A stretch of 64,000 bases of DNA from Nemertoderma westbladi (taxonomy: Eukaryota > Animalia > Xenacoelomorpha), in the NCBI GenBank assembly GCA_032718475.1, contig JAUCBJ010006774.1:62001-126000 (forward strand), given 5' to 3'. The notes below the pieces were generated by a model, which worked only from the letters and a program-made list of their open reading frames with translations, made no database searches and was not told the DNA's origin. A program made the position numbers and the translations under genes. Below are positions 1-11,200 of the stretch, one piece after another (position 1 is the stretch's first letter; every line of letters starts with the position of its first letter).

Positions 1-420
1 GTAAGGTAGGTTATTGAATCATTATGGCGGCTTCAGCCGCAGTAAGGTAGGTTATTGAATCATCATGGCGGCTTCAGCCGCAGTAAGGTGGGTAATTGAA
101 TCATTATGGCGGCTTCAGCCGCAGTAAGGTAGGTTATTGAATCATTATGGCGGCTTCAGCCGCAGTAAGGTAGGTTATTGAATCATTATGGCGGCTTCAG
201 CCGCAGTAAGGTAGGTTATTGAATCATTATGGCGGCTTCAGCCGCAGTAAGGTAGGTTATTGAATCATTATGGCGGTTTCAGCCGCAGTAAGGTAGGTTA
301 TTGAATCATTATGGCGGCTTCAGCCGCATTAAGGTAGGTGATTGAGTCATTATGGCGGCTTCAGCCGCAGTAAGGTAGGTTATTGAATCATTATGGCGGC
401 TTCAGCCGCAGTAAGGTAGG
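1..420. repeat. 41-bp tandem repeat, about 10 copies, cut by the window start
   Basis: Unit GTAAGGTAGGTTATTGAATCATTATGGCGGCTTCAGCCGCA repeated head-to-tail with few substitutions; each unit has a GCGGC-TTCA-GCCGC hairpin. Confidence 0.97.
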
Positions 421-973
421 CTTATATTTTACATAGTGACATTATGACGTTGTTTATGAAAATATTTGTTGGAAATCGATATGATTTTAGGAGTTATTGG
501 CGCAAAATGACCGCAAATACCAACGAGGTATTTAATTTAATTTAATTTAACTATTATGGAAAAGGAGCAGGTTACTGAAACAATAAACGAAACTTTATTT
601 TTTATGCGACCAATTGGCGCTGCAGTATACACATTCTTCACTTGCGGTCAATCTGCGCCACTATCTGCTTTTTGTTGTTTACGATTGTGCTTCCAGTCCC
701 ATGCAGTTTTCCTATATATCCTGTTTGAATTAACCCCATATTGATGAATTGTTTGTTTGTACGTTGTTTTACTACCGTATGTTGTACCGTATGTACCGAC
801 AATGTGTGTTATTGTTGGAATAATTTAGTTAAACTCGAGCCGTGTGAGCTTGAAAATCGATTCTTCTAACATTATTGTCGCTTTTTGGATCCATAGCTAT
901 GGCTAATCTCAATGTTATTTACTAAACCCAAAGTTAGTTCAACAGTCTCCAGATAGGGGGCGTTATACATAAA

Positions 974-2143
974 GGGGCAGTGCACAAATGATGTCACACC
1001 TTTTTTTGACGATTTTCGACACCCCCTCCCCCCACTACTGTCACAATCTGTCACGAATTTAGTACCCCCCATCCCCCCTTGAACGTCACATCACAAAAAA
1101 TACATAGTTAGCAAGTCGTTAGACTTGATTACTGTAATGTAAGAAAAAAAAGCTACTGACTAGACTACTACTAACGATTTTGATAAGCATATAAGTATAT
1201 TACTTGCCAAGTTTAGTAAGGTTGTGTTTACTCAGTCACGCTATCCCAGCCAGTAAGCAAACATCAACTGTTACCCAGCTGATAGCTCTTCCAGGTGAAT
1301 CCTATAGAATATCTACAAGGTTACTCACTGTGCTGTGTTGTGTGGCAGGCCAGCTGATTAAATTTTAGTTAAACAGAGTACATCTATTGACTATCTGGGC
1401 TAAGTGTACTGAAATGTACTTATAATAATATAATTGTTGTATTTAATTAATATCGTGGTTACATTGAACAGTGTAAATTGTTAATCGCGGTTTACATTGA
1501 AACATCTCAACTTGTTTTATTTATTACAAAAATAAGAATGAATTTGTCTTATCACTTCTTGTGCGCGATTGTATTGAATTCATGACAACTGCCGTTATTA
1601 TTATTAATCAATTGACACCTCGACTCCTCTCTGAGACTCCGACTACTCTATCCGATAGAATAAAATAATCATTTCGCTAACTGCTCTCTATCTTCTATAA
1701 TCACAACAGCTTTTATAATTCATTAGATAATTACAACATAATAATTATAGTTTGAAGTTGTCTAGAAAATTTTTCGTACACCACCGGGACTACCCTCACA
1801 CTAATTTATTATCAGACCGAACAAAAAGCTTTTACTTTACTCGTCTCCTACGACTTGCTTCACGGGCCGCTAGCCCCGAATCTAGTTAATACAAATTGTT
1901 AAATTTGAAATTATTATGTTATTAAAACTAAATGTTAATTCCTCTTGCTAGAATTAACACTTCATCCCCTCGATTCGCGATTACTTCAATAGATTTCACT
2001 CTGGCTGTTGATGTTGTTGGTATGTATTTTATTTGTTTACCAAAGTGCTATTATGACGTCACAAGTATAGCCCCCCCCCCCCCCCCCCCATGTCACAAAT
2101 TATCACAAAATCGACCGTGACATCATTTGTACACGGACGCCCC
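974..2143. mobile_element. Putative non-autonomous DNA transposon (MITE-like) with imperfect TIRs
   Basis: Left end GGGGCAGTGCACAAATGATGTCAC (974); reverse complement of the right end (2117-2143) is GGGGCGTCCGTGTACAAATGATGTCAC. Internal poly-C/TGTCACAA motifs; no ORF. Confidence 0.5.
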
Positions 2144-2308
2144 GGATGTATTACACAGAAATCTCGCTAAGTTCGCTGGTAACTCAGCGTACACGGACGC
2201 CCCGGATGTATTACACAGAAATCTCGCTAAGTTCGCTGGTAACTCAGCGTACACGGACGCCCCGGATGTATTACACAGAAATCTCGCTAAGTTCGCTGGT
2301 AACTCAGC
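2129..2308. repeat. 60-bp tandem repeat, 3 copies
   Basis: GTACACGGACGCCCCGGATGTATTACACAGAAATCTCGCTAAGTTCGCTGGTAACTCAGC x3, starting inside the right TIR of the preceding element. Confidence 0.95.
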
Positions 2309-2907
2309 TGGTGGTTATTGAAATCGTTTTTTTTTTTTTTTCGTTTTTTTGAAATTTTGTCTAATGAGTCAGAACTAATTGAATGGAAAGTTCCATTATG
2401 ATAACTATATAGCAGTACTAAAGCATTATATTGTTCACGTGGTGCGCGAAGTCTTGTGTGGGTGGGCGTATTAATACCTAGTAGTGTGTATTAGTTTGGT
2501 TTGGTTTAGTTCAGTTTGGTTTGGTTCAGTTATTTATTTAGTTATGAATTATTTCACATATTATTTAACATTGTATTTCTATTGTATGATAATAATGTAA
2601 CGTCACTCTACTGTAGGCCTATCTATTAATTAACTAGTTTGTACTTATGGTAGGACTATCTTATTGTCTTAGTGTATTGGAATGAATGATGGTGATTGTT
2701 TGATATATTTGGAAACAGTTGTGAGGCAATACTTTATGTGCTGGTTTCTATAGTTACTGGTTGAAAAACAGTTACAGTGTAATAATATTTTTTGAACTTT
2801 ATTATCAATTATTTTGGAAATAAGAAATAAATTAGTAATTTCATTATTTTGTTTTCCGCGATTGTTAATTGTGGCTGGGACTGTAAAGAACTAACGGTAT
2901 ACTTAAT

Positions 2908-2942
<35 letters not shown>

Positions 2943-3474
2943 AATGTCACAATTTTGTCCTTTTTTTAACGGCCTTGCGAGATGTCATGAAGTTCTCGAG
3001 ACGGAGATATTGTATCATTGTCTCATTTAGAAAAACCGACTCTAAAGGAATTTCGCCCTAAATTGTTTCACTTTTAGTATTTGTAGTGAAATAAATTTTC
3101 ATTGGCGGCCGCTAGGAGGCGTGAGACTCCCAACAGTACTTTATAAGGCCCTGTGCATTTTCACGTTTCCTTGTACATTGATTATAGTTTATTGTTATAG
3201 TTAAAATATATATATTTAATACAAAGTTAAATATATTATATTTAGGTAAAAATAACTATATAAATAATACACCATGTCCCGTAATATAGTGTCATTTTCT
3301 GATGACACGGACCCCCCCCCCCCCCCCCAAATTTTTCTACAAATCTTTATCATATTGCTTGAAATTTGAAACACAACTAGTTCAACTCACCGTGGTTGTT
3401 ACCATGAAGCCGGAATTTTCGATTTCGCGATCTATAAGCGTTTTAAAAATGTGTCTTTTGTAGTAATTTATCAG

Positions 3475-4300
3475 TCACCACAGCATCAAAAGCTTTGGCG
3501 TAGCAGTATAGACAATCTTTTTCTTATTTACAGCGTTTGCCCAATTATAGGAACTATTTAATAATTGTGCCTCGGTACTGCGACCACTGACAAATCCATA
3601 TTGATCCTCGCTTATTAAATTATTGCTATGTATGAAATATGAAATATCCACAACTAGTATACGTTCTAATAAACGACATACAGACGCCGTCTGTGATATA
3701 GGTCTGTAGTTAGGGGCTAAAGAGGTATCACCCTTGTATTTCAATGGTAATTTACAAAGGTGTTTGTAAACCTTTTGTTCTGATATGCTATGTATATCGA
3801 ACAGTATAGTATCTGTTACCGGGGGAAATAAAGGAGTAACATTGTTACCATAAACACCAACTGATGAAAATTGCTCGTTCAGACATTCGCATTTTTCTAT
3901 ATCTGTTTCAGCTAATGACCCATCAGCTCTTTTAAGAGTTGATACTGATGGTCGACTAGAAACTCTGTTCTTCGCATATTTATAGAATGCTTTTTTACAA
4001 GACCCAGTAAGGACTTTAATTTCTTTTTGCGTATTAAAATCGCGAATGGCTTTTTCACAAATAAAACAAACACGTCTATAAGCACGCAAATCAGTTACGG
4101 AATTATTCTTTTTACGCCACATCAACTGCTTAGAAGCCTGCAATTTTCGGATATGCAAGGGGCGGTTTTTATTTTTATTTGGTATATATTTAGGCACAAA
4201 CCGTTTCATGGCCAGCTCTCCATTTGTACCAACAAACAGCTTTAAGGTAGAAGAATAATAACTGCGGTGTAACTGGTGTAATATCGCTGGAGACACTTTT
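3475..4300 (-). pseudogene. Degenerate, internally deleted non-LTR retrotransposon ORF2 fragment (CR1/L2-like)
   Basis: Translation contains KAFYKYAKNR, EKCECLNEQFSSV, NYRPISQTASVCRLLERI and QYGFVSGRST, typical of the region before and at the start of a LINE RT; later RT motifs are missing. Confidence 0.8.
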
Positions 4301-5013
4301 TTTAAACGCATGTAGCTAAAGATTGAAAGCAAATATAAAAATTCTGGCTCACCCAGTCAGTGGTCGGGAGGTGAAACTATCTCTGTTTCAAATTTCATGC
4401 AATCTGAATTGCGATGAAAATAATTAATTAATAATTGCGATAGTGTCACTGAATTCAATTTCAATTTCAAAGCTCGGTTTACGCCCCGGCAGGCTATATT
4501 GATAAAATTATAGGGTGATAACTGTTAAAACAAAATTTAAAACGCACGGTATATAGGTTAAGTAAAATACACAATTACAGTAAAATGGTGAGGTCTAAAA
4601 AACACACCGTAAATATATAACTGATAATGTCAGATTTAGATTATGTTGGATGAAATGACATTAATGAATATATATAATATGCTGAAGAGACAGTATTTAC
4701 AATCAATTATTTTAAATGATAGAAAGGAAGGGTGAAATTATAAAATTATATTATAATAATGATTATGATATTTATATAAGTATGTTGATTTATCGGCGGC
4801 TATTATTGGTAAAATGGTCTAACAACATCAAAGTAATTAAAATAACATACAAAATAAGAGCAACAACATACAATGACAATACAATACGGCTGGTTTTGGC
4901 ATGTAAGGGCCGAAAAACTAATAGTATCATATCAGTTAAAAATAACACGTATCATTAGGAGTATTATTGATTAAGTATTATTTATTATACTTATACTTTT
5001 ATAGGTATTATTA

Positions 5014-8000
5014 TTATTGATAAAGATTATAAAAGTCCAATACCACTAAATGGCGAGCTGCATGTGAGCCAGTGGTGCAACTCAGTATGGTACCAATAAA
5101 AAAGAGTTTATACTGACTAGCAGGACTCAGTTCGGTGGCTTGAGATTTTCCATGTCGATTCCGTATGGCCTTGAAACTGTATCTAGAGACACTCAGAGAA
5201 GACAAACTTGGTAAACCGAGGTGCCATGCGGAGACACCATAACGGAAAAAAATCTGAGCACTAGACAGACCTGCAAGGTGCAGACAGATTAAATGATGAA
5301 AGAAGAAAATAACCTTTCTATTAGGACAATTTAAGATGCTGTAGGTAAATGACGCAGTTTTGAAGTATAGGAAATCTTCCAGGTTGATCATACCAAAGAG
5401 TTTACATAGAATTCCATTAGAAACATAGTTTCCTATTGCACATATAGTTCTCATTGCTTGATGAAGTTGTAGCGATATCTCTGCAATATTAGGCTTATCA
5501 AGTTCCGAGCATCCATACAGTATTGACGGGAGGCACATCACCTTCCATATTTTAACAACAACTGCCAGTGGAACACTGTTAATGCAAAGACCACGTGCCT
5601 CCATTCTGCTGACACAAGTCCAAATTTTACATTTTACAAACTGAGTCAAAGATTGCGACGTCATGGGAAAGGGCAACCCTAGATAGTTGCAATCCTTCGC
5701 AGAAACCAAAATAATGCTGTCTGTCCCATTTATGAATTCCAATGATTCCTCTCCATTGCTCGTTCTAGCACCATTCAGGTATATGAAATGAGTCTTTTTT
5801 ATGTTTAGAAGCAACTTATGTCTTTCAAAGTAATTGCAGCATAGGGCCATAAGTTTCTCTGCATCAGACTTCATGTTTGCTGCAAGAATGATATCATCAC
5901 CATAGCTCATTCCACCGAAAGATTCTGCCTTTATGTGCACACCAAGACCACTGTTATCAATCTCCTTAAAAAGACTAGACATATAGAAATTAAAAAGAAT
6001 TGGGGATAACATCCCGCCTTGTCTTACACCTCTCTCTAAGGGGAATGCTTGACATATCCGTGTTCTAGATGCCAAGAAAGCTGAAGCTGAGCAGTAATAG
6101 TTTCTTAGTGTTTCCAATAGGTTGTGTTCAGTTTTAGCATCCTCTAATTTCCTAATTAACATTGTGTAGTCGACGGTATCAAAAGCAGATGACAAGTCTA
6201 ATGATACTATATACATTGATGAACCCTTTTTTGTGAATTCATTTACTAAGTTGTTGACCAGTGCATACGTCATTTCTGTATTTGTTTTTTGTTTATAACC
6301 CATCTGCAAGTCATGAGAGTCCAATGGCAATTCAGGGAGTATAAGCATTTCCCAAAGTTTGGCGATAACAGCTACAATTGCAATTCCACGATAGCTCTTA
6401 GTTGAAAATTTATCCAGATTCCTGCCCTTATATAATGGCATTAACAGAGACATGCTCAACTTCTTAGGACATGAACAGGAGGCTCTCATAGAATTGAATA
6501 TGTATGCTAAGGCGCTGCAGAGCCCATCAGAGATTCCAAAAAATAAATGTTCTGACTTTAACCCGAAGCAATCAGCAGCTTTTTTCCTGTTTAAATTGCG
6601 GATACCACTTGCAATGCATTCTGTGGACAGGATTGATGTGTCGTTTAATGTTTTCGCTTCATGAGATGCTATATTTTCCAACGACTTACCATTTAAGGTG
6701 CTATCCTTGTATGTATCCTCATAGTGCTGCTTCAGCTTACTGAACATTTCGTCTGTCATTTCCTCCTGGGGAGCACGGTTCTTGGTAAGCTTCCAGAACT
6801 TTACATCATCATCTCTGCAGGACTCTACCAACTCAGTAATATGATTGGAGTACTCAATTCTACTTAGCTTCATAGCAACTTGATTGTATCTTCTTGTGGC
6901 AGCCCAATATCCTATGTAGGAGACATTAGATGGATCCTTTATACTGCCTTGATTGATCCAGATCTCCTTTGCCCTGTCAACGATACATTTTAGTTTACCA
7001 AGACTGGCGTTGTCAGCATAAGATTTCCATCTAGAGTTTACAGATCTTGGTTTCCTATTATCAATAAAGCTGGTTGGAATGTAAACATCGGATGTTTTCC
7101 TCAGGACAGCAATGACTTTATCCATTACAATCTCTGCATCGTGTGGATTTGTAGAATAATTGTTATAGGGCTTGATAAAGGATGATAGCTTCTCTGATAC
7201 AACCTTGCGATACTGTTCAAGCTGTTTAGTGGTTGCTTTACTGAAATATACAATTTTTCTCTTGTATGTGCGATGAGATGATGCAGTCCAATTATCGTTC
7301 TGTCGTTTGGCTGAAAGACTCAGTGTTGTTCTAACTGGAGTGTGGTCTGAGAGATTACTTGGATCCAACCCAAAGACCATGCTAGATGTTATATTTGGAG
7401 CAATATCTGGTGACAAAAGAATGTGGTCAATGTAAGAAGATCTTTGCACAATACCATTTGATCTAAAGAAAAATGTTGAAAGCAGTTCATTTGGAGCAAA
7501 ACAAAAATTGCTAACCACCAAACCATGGGGTTGTGCTACATTTTGAACAAAGATGTCACCAAAACGGGAGGTTGCAGTGTTGACGTTTCCACTGTCACTA
7601 CTCAAACGACCAAGGCTACCATTGATGTCTCCTAAAACAACTACTGGAATGTTTTGAGTTCTATCATCGATCAATGTTGCCAGTCTCGCACACTGTTGAA
7701 TGTAAGAATCCTTATCAGATGGAAGGTTGCAGTCAGCTGGCATGTAGACAGCCATAAGCGCGATATCCATAATAGTTGGGTGATTCTTTAGTTCCACAGC
7801 AATGATGCGGTCTGAGTTGGTTGTGACTGGGGTGGAGTACTGCATCAAATCATCCCGCATTAACAACATGATGCCACCCTGAGGCCGGCCACTATAAAAA
7901 GGGTCTTTCATTGCATCAGCAATTGTTGTGAGAATTTTATAACCACTAAAGGGTTTGTCCTGATTCAAATAAACCTCTGTTTCAAGAGGACCTAGCCAGG

Positions 8001-8259
8001 TCTCTTGAAGAGCAAGTATGTCAGGCTTATGTCTATCAATTAAGGTTTCGATGTACAGTCTATTACGCACAAAACCCTTGCAATTTAATGTAAAAATGAC
8101 TATGTCTTCAGACTTTTTGCACTTTGCTGTTCCATCTTTGGAAAAGCTTGATTGTGTTTTGGTAGTCCTATTAATATCTTGTATAGTGTTTGCCTTGTGG
8201 AGTGTTTGTTGCAGGAACAGTGACTTTCTAAAAACGATTTGTATTGTAGCATGGAGTTT
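5014..8259 (-). CDS. LINE ORF2: AP-endonuclease + reverse transcriptase; the frame is open from 8259, upstream of the track's GTG start at 8070
   Basis: APE motifs IVIFTLNCKGF (upstream of 8070), LQETW, VLGDIN, SYIDHIL, SDHTPV. RT motifs YRGIAI, LDLSSAFDTV, GVRQGGMLSPILFNFY, SYGDD, YLG. Confidence 0.95.
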   Translation of the reverse strand, partial: KLHATIQIVFRKSLFLQQTLHKANTIQDINRTTKTQSSFSKDGTAKCKKSEDIVIFTLNCKGFVRNRLYIETLIDRHKPDILALQETWLGPLETEVYLNQDKPFSGYKILTTIADAMKDPFYSGRPQGGIMLLMRDDLMQYSTPVTTNSDRIIAVELKNHPTIMDIALMAVYMPADCNLPSDKDSYIQQCARLATLIDDRTQNIPVVVLGDINGSLGRLSSDSGNVNTATSRFGDIFVQNVAQPHGLVVSNFCFAPNELLSTFFFRSNGIVQRSSYIDHILLSPDIAPNITSSMVFGLDPSNLSDHTPVRTTLSLSAKRQNDNWTASSHRTYKRKIVYFSKATTKQLEQYRKVVSEKLSSFIKPYNNYSTNPHDAEIVMDKVIAVLRKTSDVYIPTSFIDNRKPRSVNSRWKSYADNASLGKLKCIVDRAKEIWINQGSIKDPSNVSYIGYWAATRRYNQVAMKLSRIEYSNHITELVESCRDDDVKFWKLTKNRAPQEEMTDEMFSKLKQHYEDTYKDSTLNGKSLENIASHEAKTLNDTSILSTECIASGIRNLNRKKAADCFGLKSEHLFFGISDGLCSALAYIFNSMRASCSCPKKLSMSLLMPLYKGRNLDKFSTKSYRGIAIVAVIAKLWEMLILPELPLDSHDLQMGYKQKTNTEMTYALVNNLVNEFTKKGSSMYIVSLDLSSAFDTVDYTMLIRKLEDAKTEHNLLETLRNYYCSASAFLASRTRICQAFPLERGVRQGGMLSPILFNFYMSSLFKEIDNSGLGVHIKAESFGGMSYGDDIILAANMKSDAEKLMALCCNYFERHKLLLNIKKTHFIYLNGARTSNGEESLEFINGTDSIILVSAKDCNYLGLPFPMTSQSLTQFVKCKIWTCVSRMEARGLCINSVPLAVVVKIWKVMCLPSILYGCSELDKPNIAEISLQLHQAMRTICAIGNYVSNGILCKLFGMINLEDFLYFKTASFTYSILNCPNRKVIFFFHHLICLHLAGLSSAQIFFRYGVSAWHLGLPSLSSLSVSRYSFKAIRNRHGKSQATELSPASQYKLFFIGTILSCTTGSHAARHLVVLDFYNLYQ

Positions 8260-11200
8260 CTAGAAGTACTCGTCGTTGTACAGATGAAACTTCTTTGAGG
8301 GGTGACTTGAATCCATTATTGTTATAGTTCTTTGGTAATGAATCTTTTAGTAGATGCTGATTTAAATGTATCTGGCTATTGCATGATGTAATTGCTGGAG
8401 TGCCCCTCGATTGATGCCACTGTTGATCAGGACTTAGATACTGCCCTGTGTTGTTCTTGAATTGATGATGACCCTTGAAATGTTCTTGTTGGATAACGTT
8501 TTGATTATTGGTTAGATTGGTCCTATTATTGATGTTGTGTTGGATGTTGTCCAGTGATTGTGGATGATGGCCTTGTTGCCATTGAGAAGAGTGAGAGTAA
8601 TGTTGAAAGTTGTTCAAAGGCATTCCCCTATGCACTTGATGGCTGACATAATTGTTAATGGTAGGTGGGCCATGCCAGTTGTTTTTTCTTTCCCTGTCAG
8701 GGTCATGTGCAAACCCATATCTCGTTTCATGAAGAACCTGTGGTGGAAATGATTTAGTGGAAAGTTTATAGTCCTTTTGATTCGTGTGCTTATTCGTGGA
8801 ATATCTAGGCCCCTCCCCCTTGCGATCTCCTTGTTTATACTCCCATACTTTGGTATTATTCCCTGGCCAGATTGATGCATCCAAGAAAATATTAAGATGT
8901 TCTTCTAGGATTGTTACTTTGGCACTTTTTGGTGATCCCCTGTTTCCAATTATCCACACATGGATAGGTTCAATCCCAGTTTGCCTATAACAGAAATCAA
9001 TGAGCTGGTTGCGGCTGCAGCTTCTTTCCAGACCGGATATATATATATACCGCAAGTTAATGCTAGATTTTTGAGAATGATCTTTGATTATAAGCCTTTT
9101 CGAGTCTGAATTATTGAACTCGAGAAGTTCTTTCAACATATTGTTCTGGTCTCTTAGTAGACTGGATACCTTTAACTCAATATCAAGGTCAGAGAACCTG
9201 TTTTCAGTTTTGATTTCATCAATTTTACTTGCAAAAGTACAGGTTTTGGACGATGCTGTTTTATGTGGTCTAAACCATGTATTCTCAGAGTCCAGTACAG
9301 TCGCCATAGAAGCCGGATAAGGTACTGATACTTGATGACTGAGATTGATTGGGACATTTTCATTGCATTTGCTGTCGTTCCCACCAGTTTCACTCTCTTT
9401 AAGCTCCTTTGTATCTATGGTGAGAATATCCGAGTCACTAGGAACATCTGTGGTGTGTCCAAGTCCAAGCTTCGCTAAACTTAGTTGCTTACGCTTTTTC
9501 TTACTTCTATACTTTGACAATTTAGGAGATTGATTTTTCTTTAAGATAGGTTGTGACTGCTGCCGTTCATCAATGGTGGCCTGGTCGGTTGTATTTTCCA
9601 CTCCCACTGTTGTTTCAGTATTTCTCCTCTTTACCACTTCCTCCAGATGCTTTAATTTAGTAGCAGTGAGGTCAGAGGTATGTTGAAGCAATTTGAGTTC
9701 TATTTGCATATTGACTACCTTTTCTATCAAATCAAGAATTCCGACAGTTTCCATATTTGAGATATTTACCCGCTTTCTTGTACTGGGTGTTATTGATTTT
9801 GATTCTGCCGCCAGTGAGAACTCCACAACATCCATGGCCAACTCATCAATTGAGCGTCTATGGATAGCAGAAACCTTTGCACCAATTTCAGACCCAAGGA
9901 ATTTTTTTATGCTGCATAAAAGCATTGATTGAAAATATTGCAACATATCAATTCCTAGTGATGATAGTGCTTTTGCGTAGTCACTCTTTGGATTTTGCAT
10001 AATTCTCAATCGCCTAGCTGTGGAAATGAAGTCTTCAGTGCTCCTAACATCGTGAAACTCTGCCGACAGGCTGCTGTCAAGAGGAGATTCTGGCCACTCA
10101 GTAGATAACAATGGCGCTGAGCCAATTGTAGTGCTATCCCCTGCATCAGTATAAGCTTGTACTTTGCTCTTGCTATACATAGATTTTGCGATTGAGTCTA
10201 GAGAATTACTTCGTACACGTTTTTTGGAAAGTCCCTGTTGACACATTAGACCTTTATTGACAGAGATCGGATTTAATTCACTGCCAGTTATTTTGCACAT
10301 TTCAAGACATTCTCTTAACCATTGTCGCAGTTGGGGGCTGTGATTATGGATAGGTAGAATATTGTTTAATCCCTCAGATAGTGCATGGGCATATAAACAA
10401 ATAAAAGGCCCACAATCATGAGCATTAACCTGTTTTGCAAAACTTGAGTTTGTATTGACTGTTGCTGTCCATCTCCTCTTGGATGCCTTTCTCCATTTGT
10501 TGTGTTCATCAATTTGTGACAATAGATTTGCTATTGCGAAAGTTACCTTAGTGGGCATGACTGTCTGTTTTGCCAAAGGATCTAAGATGTAAATAGTTTT
10601 GGAAGTGACATCTGCCACATGCATAATGTAATGGTTAGATCTACACTCTGGGAAGAAAATTATCTGAGGAGGAGTAGACAAGTGGCGCGATATGTACCTT
10701 CTTGCAACATATTTTACTGCACTGACTGGATCGTGATTAGGTGTTCCAAGTTTGTATGTTAGTTGACAAGGGATAGCTGTTGTTTGGTGAAAATTTCGTT
10801 CTAAAAGTCCTAGAAATCCATCCACTATGCTATCACTTACCCAGGTGTTATGATTCAATGTATTAAGTTCCTGCAGTGTTGGAATAACAATTCCTGGGCA
10901 GTCTTTGTTAAGTGCATCCAAATATGATTTAATTTCTAATGTGATGTCTCTGGTTTCTACAGCCTGGCTACTGTCTGGATAAACTTCAATTACTGAATCC
11001 CAGCTGTTTCCCAGTTTAGTGTCTTTTACTTTGGCTACTGACTCAACTGATTGTATGGACTCACGGACTATATCCACCTTATTATGACTGGCTAACTTAA
11101 GGCCTGAAGCATTGTCCATTTCACTGCTAATCCCTTTGTCATTCCTTTCTGTTTGTCTTACCTTTGCGATATACTTGCATTCTGTTTTTAGAGCCAATTT

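Noticed and set aside
1-420. CRISPR-like array (hairpin-containing repeat)
   Set aside because: No unique spacers, no cas genes, eukaryotic context. The same applies to the 62-bp array at 60347-60865, whose 'spacers' are identical.
2907-2941. Long poly-G tract (others at 13957, 20966, 27350, 27563)
   Set aside because: Common in MITE-like sequence here and length is error-prone; no specific function is supportable.
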